Below, piece by piece: positions 27,248 to 36,785 of a stretch of DNA of 64,000 bases. The translations under genes were made by a program, and so were the position numbers. Numbering within the stretch: the stretch's first letter is position 1; every line of letters begins with the position of its first letter. The DNA is taken from positions 23,895 through 87,894 of the forward strand of contig DATKXS010000038.1 of assembly GCA_035528895.1 (NCBI GenBank), read 5' to 3'. Origin of the DNA: Candidatus Desulfaltia sp. Its GTDB lineage: Bacteria > Acidobacteriota > Aminicenantia > Aminicenantales > UBA8522. The notes beneath the pieces were generated by a model, which saw only the letters and a list, made by a program, of their open reading frames with translations, was not told the origin of the DNA and ran no database searches.

Positions 27248-28774
27248 CTATCTCAACTCGCCGACGGCTTTTTCCACGGCCTCGAGGACCTCTCCCCTCT
27301 CGACGACTTCCTTGAGCGTGTTGATGTCGTTATAGAGCGGCCGGTCTTCCTCGAGATGGGCGACATATTTCCGGATGACTTCATGAGCGGCTTGGACACC
27401 CCGGCTCGGCTTGAGCGGCGCCCGGAAATCGACGGCCTGGGCGCCGGCCATCATCTCGATGGCCAGGACCGCCTGGGCGTTGTCGATGATCTGCCTGGTC
27501 TTGAGCGCCGAGGTCCAGCCCATGCTGACAAAATCTTCCTGGTCGGCGGCGGCCGGTATGGAGCCGGTCGCGGCCGGGTGGGAGAGGATGCGGTTTTCGC
27601 AGACGAGCGCCCCGGCCGTGTACTGGGAGAGCATCATCCCCGAGAACATTCCCGCCCCTTTGGTCAGGAAGGCGGGCAGTCCGACGCTGAGATGCTGGTT
27701 CATCAGGCGGTTGAGGCGGCGCTCGGAGAGGACGGACACGGTCGTCACGGACGTTCCCAGGAGCTCAAGAGCAAAGGCCTGCGGCGTGCCCTGGAAATTC
27801 GCGCCCGTCAGGACGAGCTGTTCATCGGGGAAAAAGACGGGATTATCGGCGGCGTTGTTGAGTTCGATCTCGAGCATATAGCGGGCCCATTTGAGGGCAT
27901 CCCTGGCAGCTCCGGTGACCTGGGGAGTGCTCCGCAGGCTGTAAGCGTCCTGGACCTTTTTCTTGCCGAGTTCGGCCAGAAGCCCGCTTCCCTCGGTGAT
28001 CTTCCTGATATTTTCCGCTGCTTCGAGGGCGCCGGGATAGCCCCTCACCTTGTGTAGCCGCTCGTCGTAGGCCTTCATGTTGGCGTTCAGGACTTCGAGG
28101 GTCATGGCCGCGGCGATCTCGGAGTTCTTGAGCCAGCGGTGGACATCGTGGACTTCGAGCGCCCCCAGCCCGGTGATGAAATTCGAGCCGTTGATCATGG
28201 CCAGGCCGTCCCGGGCCGCGAGGACGACCGGTTTGATGCCGGCCCGTTTCAGCGCTTCGGCCGCGGCTAGCCGCTCACCCTGATAGAACGACTCCCCTTC
28301 TCCCATAGCGCCGAGAGCGATCTGGGACATCGGGGAGAGGTCGCCGCAGGCGCCGACCGAGCCTTTTTCACAGACGACCGGGGTTACCCCGCGGTTGAGC
28401 ATCTCCTTCATCGTCTCTGTCACCACCAGCCGCAAGCCCGAATGACCGTGACAATGGCAGGAGATACGGCTCAACATAGCCGCCCGGACGATCTCGGCCG
28501 GCAGAGCCTTCCCGTAGCCGGCGGCGTGGCTGTAGATGATATATCTTTGGTATTGTTCCACCTGCTCCGGGGTCAGGACGACTTCAGAGAGCTCGCCGAT
28601 TCCGGTATTGACCCCGTACATGATCTCGCCTTTCTGGATTTTGTCCTCGAGCAGGGCCCGGCATTTGTCGATCCTTTTCCTGGCTTCGGGATGAAGCTCG
28701 ACCGGCTCGTTCTCCCGGGCGACTTTGACCACCTGTCCGATAGTCAGGCTATGTCCGTCAACAATGATGGCCAT
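27248..28774 (-). CDS. Aromatic amino-acid ammonia-lyase family (HAL/PAL/TAL/aminomutase) with an Ala-Cys-Gly MIO triad
   Basis: 508 aa, GSVGACGDLSPMS in place of the canonical GSVGASGDLxPLS, plus family-wide core motifs (NTGIG, YSLR, NPVF). No hutU or hutI genes in the window. Confidence 0.75.
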   Translation of the reverse strand: MAIIVDGHSLTIGQVVKVARENEPVELHPEARKRIDKCRALLEDKIQKGEIMYGVNTGIGELSEVVLTPEQVEQYQRYIIYSHAAGYGKALPAEIVRAAMLSRISCHCHGHSGLRLVVTETMKEMLNRGVTPVVCEKGSVGACGDLSPMSQIALGAMGEGESFYQGERLAAAEALKRAGIKPVVLAARDGLAMINGSNFITGLGALEVHDVHRWLKNSEIAAAMTLEVLNANMKAYDERLHKVRGYPGALEAAENIRKITEGSGLLAELGKKKVQDAYSLRSTPQVTGAARDALKWARYMLEIELNNAADNPVFFPDEQLVLTGANFQGTPQAFALELLGTSVTTVSVLSERRLNRLMNQHLSVGLPAFLTKGAGMFSGMMLSQYTAGALVCENRILSHPAATGSIPAAADQEDFVSMGWTSALKTRQIIDNAQAVLAIEMMAGAQAVDFRAPLKPSRGVQAAHEVIRKYVAHLEEDRPLYNDINTLKEVVERGEVLEAVEKAVGELR

Positions 28775-28936
28775 TTTCTATTCCTCCTCGGATCTGAATG
28801 AAGGGGGCATTATAAGCCTTGTCCGGGTAAAAATAAAGGGAACGCTCCCTCCTTGGCGCCACCATAGCATCAACGCCATTGCGCTTTTCCATCTTTCCCA
28901 ATAAGATACCTTGTTGAACGACACGGAGGAGATGCG

Positions 28937-29662
28937 ATGATCGAGCTCGACCACGTTTCAAAAAGCTACAACAAAGGCGCCGTCCGGGCGGTCGACGACC
29001 TGTCGCTGACTGTCCCTCCGGGGGAGATCTTCGGCTTTCTCGGGCCCAACGGGGCCGGCAAGACGACGACGATCAAGATGATCGTCGGCATCCTCGAGCC
29101 CGATGCCGGGACGATCCGAATCAACGGCCTGGACAGCCGTGCCGAGGCCCTCCGCTGCAAGGCCATGACCGCCTACGTCCCCGACGAGCCGGAAATCTAC
29201 ACGCGTCTCAAGGGCATCGAATTCCTGAATTTCATCGGCGATGTCTACGGTGTCGCCGGCCCGGAGCGCCGGCAGCGGATCGAACACTGGCTCGAGGCCT
29301 TCGAACTTGCCCGGGCGGTGGCCGATCCGATCCAGACCTACTCCCACGGCATGCGCCAGAAAATCATTTTAACGGCCGCGCTTATGGTCAAGCCCCGGGT
29401 GTTCATTCTCGACGAGCCGATGGTCGGCCTCGACCCCCGCTCCTCCCACCTCCTCAAGGAAGCCATGCGGGAGCACTGCGAACAAGGCGGGACGCTGTTT
29501 TTCTCCACCCATATCATGGAGGTCGCCGAACGCCTGTGTGACCGGATCGGGATCATCCACAAAGGGCGTCTGGCGGCCTGGGGGACGATGGCCGAGCTCA
29601 GGGACCAGGCGAAAGACAAGGCCTCGCTGGAGAATATCTTTCTGGGGCTGACTGAATCATGA
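28937..29662 (+). CDS. ABC transporter ATP-binding protein
   Basis: Walker A (GPNGAGKTT), signature (YSHGMRQK), Walker B (ILDEP) and H-loop. Confidence 0.85.
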   Translation: MIELDHVSKSYNKGAVRAVDDLSLTVPPGEIFGFLGPNGAGKTTTIKMIVGILEPDAGTIRINGLDSRAEALRCKAMTAYVPDEPEIYTRLKGIEFLNFIGDVYGVAGPERRQRIEHWLEAFELARAVADPIQTYSHGMRQKIILTAALMVKPRVFILDEPMVGLDPRSSHLLKEAMREHCEQGGTLFFSTHIMEVAERLCDRIGIIHKGRLAAWGTMAELRDQAKDKASLENIFLGLTES

Positions 29663-31347
29663 GTCCGACCACCGCCCTGGTCAAGGCCGCGCTCAATTCC
29701 AATTTCGGCTGGACGATCCTTCGCCACCGTTTTCTCGTCCAGCGGCGTGACCTCTGGCTGATCCCCCTCATCTTGCTCGGCGTGGCCGGAGTCGTGCCGG
29801 TCCTGGTGCTTTATGTCCGCCTGATAGGCGATGCCTTTGACCTCCTCAGATCCATCGGCCAGGAAAAAGCCCTGCTGACACTGGCGGTCTTGGCCGGCCA
29901 ACTCATCATCCTCGTTTTCGGCCTGTTCTATCTCATCGCCACGTTCTATTTCTCCAGAGACCTGGAGTACCTCGTCTCCCTCCCTCTCAAGCCGTTCCAG
30001 GTCATGCTGTCCAAGTTCGCCGTCGTCCTGGTCAACGAGTACCTGACCATCGCCCCGATCATTCTGCCGGTCCTCGTCATCTACGGTTTCAAGAGTAAAG
30101 GCGGGTTGGAATATTGGATATCTCTGCTTCTGGCCTATGTACTTCTCCCGGTCATTCCCTTGGCGGCCTCCGGCCTGGTTGTCGTCGGGATGATGCGCCT
30201 GGTCAACATCGGCCGCAAGAAGGACCTGCTGATCGTCCTCGGATCGCTGGTGCTCATCGCCGCGGCCCTGTTTCTTCAGTTCGGCCTGAGTCGAGCGGCC
30301 GGAGCCCAGGACGTGGACAGCGAGAAGATCATTGCCCTCATCGCCTCCCCGGACGGGCTGGTCCAGTCGATCGGCCGCCGCTTTCCGCCGTCCATCTGGG
30401 CGACGCGCTTTCTTCATGACGGTCTGATGACCGGCTCAGGGTTGTCCGGCTTGGCCCTGTTTGCGAGTTTGTCAGTCCTTCTTTTCGGGGGTCTCATGGC
30501 CGGCGCCCAACGCCTCTTCTACAGGGGCTTGGTCGGCTTGAGCGAGCGCAGCGGCGGTTCTACCCGGAGGTCAAAAGCAAGGACGGCGCTCAAAGTCTCT
30601 TCCGGCCGCCATCCTGTTCGGGCGATCTTCCTGCGAGAGTTGCGCTTGATGAACCGGACGCCGATCTTCCTGCTCAACGGCGTCCTGGGTGTTCTCATGA
30701 TTCCGATCGTCTTTGCCCTGACCCTGAGCTCGAGCCGGTCAACAAGCGACAGCGCCGCGATCCTTCGCCTCATGACGACGGCCAAGCCGGTGACAACAGT
30801 CCTGGTGACAACCATGTTCGTGATCGTCTGTGCCACGGTGAGCGGAGTCGCCTCATCCTCCTTCTCCAGGGAAGGACGGCAATTCTGGATATCCAAGATC
30901 ATCCCGGTCGATTACCGTCAGCAGGTCCTGGCCAAGTTCATCCACTGCTGGAACGTAGCCCTGCTGGGAATCGCCAGCGCAACGGCGGTCCTGATCTTTC
31001 GTTTTCAACTCCCGGCGGGTCAATGGCTGCCCGCTCTTGCCCTCGCCCTGCCCGTCACGGCATTCCTGACCGTCCTGAACCTGGCGATCGACCTTGCCCG
31101 CCCGCTGCTCGATTGGATCAGCCCTCAGAAAGCGATGAAACAGAATCTCAATGTTCTTATCGCTATGCTTCTCGACGTGGGGTTCCTCTTTCTGTTCGGT
31201 CTGCTGTTCCTCGCCTTGGACAAGGCTGGACTCGGATTAGCCGGGGTGCTGATCATTCTGTTCGGACTCATCTTGGGCTTGGCCTGGCTCGCCTTCTTCC
31301 TCATCCGGCGCCTCTCCCTCCGCCGCTACCCGGCCATCGAAGTCTGA
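29659..31347 (+). CDS. ABC exporter permease (multi-TM, putative-ABC-exporter type)
   Basis: 562 aa, highly hydrophobic with about 10-12 predicted helices. 4-nt overlap with the upstream ATPase. Confidence 0.6.
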   Translation: MSPTTALVKAALNSNFGWTILRHRFLVQRRDLWLIPLILLGVAGVVPVLVLYVRLIGDAFDLLRSIGQEKALLTLAVLAGQLIILVFGLFYLIATFYFSRDLEYLVSLPLKPFQVMLSKFAVVLVNEYLTIAPIILPVLVIYGFKSKGGLEYWISLLLAYVLLPVIPLAASGLVVVGMMRLVNIGRKKDLLIVLGSLVLIAAALFLQFGLSRAAGAQDVDSEKIIALIASPDGLVQSIGRRFPPSIWATRFLHDGLMTGSGLSGLALFASLSVLLFGGLMAGAQRLFYRGLVGLSERSGGSTRRSKARTALKVSSGRHPVRAIFLRELRLMNRTPIFLLNGVLGVLMIPIVFALTLSSSRSTSDSAAILRLMTTAKPVTTVLVTTMFVIVCATVSGVASSSFSREGRQFWISKIIPVDYRQQVLAKFIHCWNVALLGIASATAVLIFRFQLPAGQWLPALALALPVTAFLTVLNLAIDLARPLLDWISPQKAMKQNLNVLIAMLLDVGFLFLFGLLFLALDKAGLGLAGVLIILFGLILGLAWLAFFLIRRLSLRRYPAIEV

Positions 31348-31501
31348 AGTCGGTGACCGTCCAGGAAAACTTTATCGGCGATATGACGTATTCTTCTATA
31401 TCATTTCTTCCAAGAGAGTGATGCGATCACCCTGGAGTGCGGTTGAAATGGCCAAGTGATTGTTGTAAAATGAAATTATAATTAGCTTGGAGGTAGGAAA
31501 T

Positions 31502-32323
31502 ATGAAAAAAATGAGATCTTTTGTCGGACTTATCCAAATTTTTGCCCTGTTGATCCTGGTACCGGCACTTCTTTCTGCCGGGGAGATCGTCCCGAGCAAA
31601 TGGGCGGCCCCGCCTCCCAGTATCGATGGTCAGATAGAGGAATGGCAGGGCGACACAATGACCTCCCAGAAAAACGTGGGTGTTGAGTATGCCCTGCGCA
31701 ACGACGGAAGCAACCTCTATGTTCTCTTCATTTTCAAAGATCCCAAGTATCTGAGCTCCCTCGAGATGACTGGGATGACGTTGTATGCCAGCACCTCCGG
31801 CAAGAAAGACAAAGACTACGCTGTGAAATTCGTTAAGAAAACGGTCAGCGGAGAGCAGCTCATCGCCTACATGGAAAAACAGGGACAGGCGCTATCGGAG
31901 GAAAGAAAACAAGAGATCATCGACAAGCCGCAATTCGTCGTTTTTGAGGCGACCGCCGTCAACAAGAAGGGTGAGGAGATCTTCCCCTCCGGCCCGGTCC
32001 CGGATGTCGACCTTCCCGGCTTCAGGAATGGGAGACAGCAGGATCAGATCATCTATGAATTCCGGATCCCCCTTTGCTCCCGCGATCTTCACCCGGCGGG
32101 AATCGGAGCCGAACCGGGAAAGGACGTCAAACTCGGGTTCGAATGGGGCGGAATGACCCCGGAGATGAAAGAGGCGATGAGAGGCCGGGGCGGCGCCGGG
32201 ACCGGAACAGATATGGCCGCAGAAAGAGCAACCGGAAGCTACACCGGCCAGGTCCCCGATGTTACAAGGGGCCCGAAGAAATACTCATTCTGGGTGGACG
32301 TGAAACTGGCCTCCGCGCAATAA
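31502..32323 (+). CDS. Secreted hypothetical protein (possible CBM9/DOMON-like fold)
   Basis: Signal peptide (MKKMRSFVGLIQIFALLILVPALLSAG). An IDGQIEEWQGD segment resembles the start of CBM9-like domains. TATAAT and GGAGG elements lie upstream. Confidence 0.4.
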   Translation: MKKMRSFVGLIQIFALLILVPALLSAGEIVPSKWAAPPPSIDGQIEEWQGDTMTSQKNVGVEYALRNDGSNLYVLFIFKDPKYLSSLEMTGMTLYASTSGKKDKDYAVKFVKKTVSGEQLIAYMEKQGQALSEERKQEIIDKPQFVVFEATAVNKKGEEIFPSGPVPDVDLPGFRNGRQQDQIIYEFRIPLCSRDLHPAGIGAEPGKDVKLGFEWGGMTPEMKEAMRGRGGAGTGTDMAAERATGSYTGQVPDVTRGPKKYSFWVDVKLASAQ

Positions 32324-32682
32324 GTTCATTTCACTGCTTACGGCATGACCGTCTGAACTCGAATCCTGGTCTTCATTCAGCCACCAGAGCATAGGAAACC
32401 GGGGGCTGGATTCTTTCTTAAAAATTGCGCTCGAATTCGGATTCGATTGTCTCGGGCGGGGTCCTTTCGTCGAGGAGAAACGTCCCATCCAGAGAAGCCC
32501 AGAGCGGGTTCGGCCGTCGGCGGGCGATTCAGAAGAACCGTTTCCGGGGAAACCTCGAAACCTTCCCGGCGGGCGATCTCGGCCGTGTTCGACCTGCGCC
32601 CAATGGAAAAACGCATGAGAGTCCTTGCCAGAACGGCCGCAAATAATTACAATCATGGTGAAGATGTGAGGAGCAATATCGC

Positions 32683-33801
32683 TTGAACAAGACTAAAGTC
32701 GCTCTCCTGAAGACTTCTCCTTCCACCGTCCTCGACGATATCGGTCGGCTTTTCGAGCTGGCGGGCGGACCTCTGGCTCTCGACAAATCCTGCCCGACCA
32801 TCCTCAAGGACAACATCTCCTGGCATTATCCCTTTCCGTCTGCGAACACGACGCCCTGGCAGCTCGAAGGGACGATCCTGGCTCTGAAGAAAAACGGTTT
32901 CTCTCCCCTTTCCTGCGTCCAGAACAAGACCGAGGTCACCAACGCCTACAAGGGTGAAGACCTGAACAACTTCAAGCCCGTCTTCGAAGCCCACGGGATC
33001 GAGGTTCTCTACAATTTCCGGAAAGAGGATATGAGATGGATCGCTTACACTCCTAGGGCCAAGATGCTTGTCCTGGACAAGATCTACAAGAAGGAGATCC
33101 GGATCCCCGAATTCTTTATCGGCAAGAACATGGTCCACCTGCCGACCGTCAAATGTCATATTTATACGACTACGACCGGCGCCATGAAGAACGCTTTCGG
33201 CGGGCTGCTGACTCATAAGCGCCACTGTACCCATACCCACATCCATGAAACCCTGGTCGACCTGCTGGCCATCCAGCGAGAGATTCATTCGGGGCTTTTC
33301 TGTATCATGGACGGCACGACCGCAGGCAATGGACCGGGGCCCCGGATCATGAAACCCGTCACCAAGAACGTCCTTCTGGCCAGTGCGGACCAGGTGGCCG
33401 TGGATGCCGTCGCCGCCAAGCTCATGGGATTCGAACCGATGGGCATACCCTATATCCGTCTGGCTCACGACGCCGGGCTGGGCGTCGGAAGGCCCGAAGA
33501 GATCCAGGTCGTCGGCGATCCTGACTTGGCAGCGCAGAACTGGGATTTTCGGGTCGGCCGGTCCTTCCACCGCTTGGCCGGATGGCTCACCTGGTTCGGC
33601 CCCACCCGCGTCTTCCAGAAGCTCCTGACCCGGCCGCCGCTTCTCTTCCTCTTGAATCTCTACTCCTTCATCTATCATGATGTTATTCACTGGCCGCTCC
33701 GAGAAGGCCGTGTTTTCAAGAGATGGCTCGCCGCTTCCGAATGGGGGCGGCTTTTCGTGGAGTATCGTGAGAAAGGAGCCCTGAGGGCGTTCCCGAAGTG
33801 A
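32683..33801 (+). CDS. DUF362 domain protein
   Basis: KVALLKTSP...ILKDNISWHYP... and the HxxTxxTGAMKNxFGG segment are typical of DUF362. TTG start after a GAGGAG RBS. Confidence 0.6.
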   Translation: MNKTKVALLKTSPSTVLDDIGRLFELAGGPLALDKSCPTILKDNISWHYPFPSANTTPWQLEGTILALKKNGFSPLSCVQNKTEVTNAYKGEDLNNFKPVFEAHGIEVLYNFRKEDMRWIAYTPRAKMLVLDKIYKKEIRIPEFFIGKNMVHLPTVKCHIYTTTTGAMKNAFGGLLTHKRHCTHTHIHETLVDLLAIQREIHSGLFCIMDGTTAGNGPGPRIMKPVTKNVLLASADQVAVDAVAAKLMGFEPMGIPYIRLAHDAGLGVGRPEEIQVVGDPDLAAQNWDFRVGRSFHRLAGWLTWFGPTRVFQKLLTRPPLLFLLNLYSFIYHDVIHWPLREGRVFKRWLAASEWGRLFVEYREKGALRAFPK

Positions 33802-33840
33802 AACTTATTGAGCCTGGCAGAAAAATGAGAGGAGACAGCC

Positions 33841-35073
33841 ATGGACCTTTTTGAGAAATGCAGGGGTTTCTATGATGATCCCGAGTACGCCCAGAGGTAT
33901 GGTTATCCCACCAATCCCCGGACCGCCCAATCCCTCGGCCTCTATCCCTATTTCATACCCATCGACCAGGCCGAGGGGCCGGAAGCCATCATCAAGGGCA
34001 AGCACTATATCATGATCGGCTCGAACAACTACCTCGGCTTGACGATTCACCCGAAAGTCAAAGAGGCCGCCATCAAAGCCATCCGCAAATACGGGACGAG
34101 CTGCACCGGATCCCGATTCCTCAACGGCACCCTCAACATCCACCTGGAGTTAGAAGAGAAGCTGGCGAAATTCGTCGGCCAGGAGGCCGCCCTCGTGAAC
34201 AGCACCGGCTTCCAGGTCAACCTCGGCACGATCCCGGCGATCGCCGACCGCGGAGACATCATCATCACCGACAAAGAGGTCCATGCCAGCATCGTCGACG
34301 GCGTCCGCCAGGCCAAGGTCCAGAAGAACGTCCACCCCCGCTATTTTCGCCACAACGATCCGACCGACCTGGAGAGGATCCTGAAGGCCTGCCCCCCCGA
34401 GCCGGCCAAGCTGGTCATCGTCGACGGGGTGTTCAGCATGGGTGGCGATATCGCTGCTCTGCCCGAGATCGCGCCCCTCTGTAAGGCCCACGGAGCGCGG
34501 CTCATGGTTGATGACGCCCACTCGCTGGGTGTGCTTGGGGGAGGGCGGGGGACGGCCCACCATTTTGGTATCCCAGAGGATGTCGACCTCGTCATGGGGA
34601 CGTTCAGCAAGTCCCTGGCTTCGGTGGGAGGTTTCATCGCCGGCCCCAAGGAAGCCATCCACTGGATCCAACATTTCTCCAGACCGTTCATCTTTAGTGC
34701 CAGCCTGCCTCCGGCGAACGTGGCTACCGTCCTGGCCTGTCTGGATGTTTTGGAAGAGGAGCCGGAGCGGGTCGAGCGCCTGACCAGGATCGGTGAGAGG
34801 ATGAGGACAGATCTCCAGGCCATGGGATACGATATCGGCCCCACCCAGACGCCGATCATTCCCATCGTCATCGGCGACCAGTTCAACACCATCAGAGCCT
34901 GGAAGATCCTCTTCGATGCCGGAATTTACACGAACGTCGCTCTTCCCCCGGCGGTCCCGCCCAACTTCGCCCTTCTCCGGACGAGCTACATGGCCACCCA
35001 TACGGACGCCCACTTGGAAAAGATCCTGGAGACCTTCAAACGGGTCAAAGACGAGCTCCACCTCGCCGTTTGA
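33841..35073 (+). CDS. Alpha-oxoamine synthase family PLP enzyme, serine-palmitoyltransferase-like
   Basis: GSNNYLGL, GSRFLNGT, the PLP-lysine block GTFSKSLASVGGF, and RPFIFSASLPP. The N-terminal and C-terminal regions (VALPPAVPPNFALLRTS) resemble bacterial SPT more than BioF. Confidence 0.65.
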   Translation: MDLFEKCRGFYDDPEYAQRYGYPTNPRTAQSLGLYPYFIPIDQAEGPEAIIKGKHYIMIGSNNYLGLTIHPKVKEAAIKAIRKYGTSCTGSRFLNGTLNIHLELEEKLAKFVGQEAALVNSTGFQVNLGTIPAIADRGDIIITDKEVHASIVDGVRQAKVQKNVHPRYFRHNDPTDLERILKACPPEPAKLVIVDGVFSMGGDIAALPEIAPLCKAHGARLMVDDAHSLGVLGGGRGTAHHFGIPEDVDLVMGTFSKSLASVGGFIAGPKEAIHWIQHFSRPFIFSASLPPANVATVLACLDVLEEEPERVERLTRIGERMRTDLQAMGYDIGPTQTPIIPIVIGDQFNTIRAWKILFDAGIYTNVALPPAVPPNFALLRTSYMATHTDAHLEKILETFKRVKDELHLAV

Positions 35074-35150
35074 TCATAAGCCAGTCAATAAGCCCTTCTG
35101 CTAAGCCCAAGAAGGGATCGTATCGGAAATAATCTGAACGAGGGCCGACG

Positions 35151-36719
35151 CTACCAGCGGTCTGTCCGGAAGGGAGAAGCCGGAAGCCCTCGCCTGTTCG
35201 CCAGGTTGGGAACGGCCGACTGGTGCCAGCCGAACCGGACTGCCTTTGGAGCGGCGACTCTAGGGCTGCTGACAACGACCGTCTCTCCGTCGATCTCAGC
35301 CACGGCCTTATGGAAAAGGTGGTCATCGGCGGCAATCTCGAACCACCTCAGGGGCTGCCTGTCGTTGGAGATCAGCCCGCCGGCCGCATGGTCAAAGGCG
35401 ATCCTGACCCGGTCCCCCTCAATGGACATTGACTTGAAGAGCGGCCCGGATGGGCAGAGGTTCGACTCCCCATAAATTCCAGCCCGCGCCCAGAGGGCCA
35501 GCCGGACTCCCACGTCTTTCTTGTTCCGGGGGTGGATGTCGTTGAGGTCGGTGATATCGGTCGTCACGGCCATCCCGGTGGCGGGAAGGCGAAGGATACG
35601 CGTCTGGGCTTCCCAAATCAGCGGCAAACGGAGGAAGTCAGGGACATCCCCCCCCGGGTCTTCCCTATCATAAGCATAGTTGTAGGGCGCAAGCTGGACG
35701 TAGTAAAAAGGAAAATCACCGAGATTCCAGACCTCCCGCCATCCCCGGATCAAGGCTTCCATCTTATGTTCGTAGGCCAGGCCGTCATTCCGGTTGCTTT
35801 CACCCTGGTACCAGATCGCCCCGCGAATGGCGAAACTGATGAGCGGATGGATCATCCCGTTGTAAAGGGTCGTGGGCGCCTGGGGATCATCGAGCGGATG
35901 CAAGGGGAATTCCGGTTTCATGGGTAGCTCGGTTTTTTCGGCAACGGCTTCCCGGCTCTCGCGAACCCAAGTTTCCCAGGAAGGAAGGGCTTCCGCCAGG
36001 CGGTTCCAATAGTCCCCGACCAGGCGCTCGAGCTCACCCAATATAGTCATGGTCTCCAGGAGGGCCGCAAACCCGGCCGGCGGAGTCCACGGCTCGATGG
36101 CCGTGCCTCCCCAGGCCGCTTCTATCAGGCCGATGGGTATCCCTAGTTTTTGATGGAGCTCCAGGCCGAAATAATAGCCGACGGCCGAAAAGGGAGCGGC
36201 GGTCTCGGGCGTACAGAGCGCCCATTTCGCGTCGACATCCTCTTGGGGTCTGTCGGCCGTCCGTCTGGGAACGAGGAAGAGACGAATCCCCGGGTGATCG
36301 GCCCGTAGGATCTCCGGAGTCGGGCTGGCGGTCAGCGACAGCGGCCACTCCATGTTGGACTGCCCCGAACATACCCAGACTTCGCCGACCAGGATGTCCT
36401 GGACAGCGATCTGGGGGCCTCTTTCGCCCTGCACGACCATCTCCAGAGGGCCGCCTCCGGCCTGGAGCGGTGGAAAGACCACCCGCCACCGACCATCATC
36501 ACGAGCTCGGGCGCTCATTTCCTGACCGGACAGCCGGACAGTAACCTTCTCCCCCGGTTCCGCCCATCCCCAGACCGGAACGGGCTTGTCCTGCTGCAGG
36601 ACCATATGATCGCCGATAACGCCCGGAAGCCGGATATCAGCCCGGAGGGCTTGAGGGAAAACCATCCAGCAGAAGACAATAAAAACAGAATGGAGAGCTT
36701 TTAGTTTTTTTATGGCCAC
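35151..36719 (-). CDS. Sialate O-acetylesterase-like carbohydrate esterase (SGNH/DUF303)
   Basis: Signal peptide, a GQSNMEW block and tandem esterase-like halves typical of 9-O-acetylesterases. Confidence 0.65.
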   Translation of the reverse strand: MAIKKLKALHSVFIVFCWMVFPQALRADIRLPGVIGDHMVLQQDKPVPVWGWAEPGEKVTVRLSGQEMSARARDDGRWRVVFPPLQAGGGPLEMVVQGERGPQIAVQDILVGEVWVCSGQSNMEWPLSLTASPTPEILRADHPGIRLFLVPRRTADRPQEDVDAKWALCTPETAAPFSAVGYYFGLELHQKLGIPIGLIEAAWGGTAIEPWTPPAGFAALLETMTILGELERLVGDYWNRLAEALPSWETWVRESREAVAEKTELPMKPEFPLHPLDDPQAPTTLYNGMIHPLISFAIRGAIWYQGESNRNDGLAYEHKMEALIRGWREVWNLGDFPFYYVQLAPYNYAYDREDPGGDVPDFLRLPLIWEAQTRILRLPATGMAVTTDITDLNDIHPRNKKDVGVRLALWARAGIYGESNLCPSGPLFKSMSIEGDRVRIAFDHAAGGLISNDRQPLRWFEIAADDHLFHKAVAEIDGETVVVSSPRVAAPKAVRFGWHQSAVPNLANRRGLPASPFRTDRW

Positions 36720-36785
36720 TCACTCCTCCTTACCGATGTCGAACTCCGCCCGCGGATCTTAGACATAGGCAAAGGGACAGGCTTT

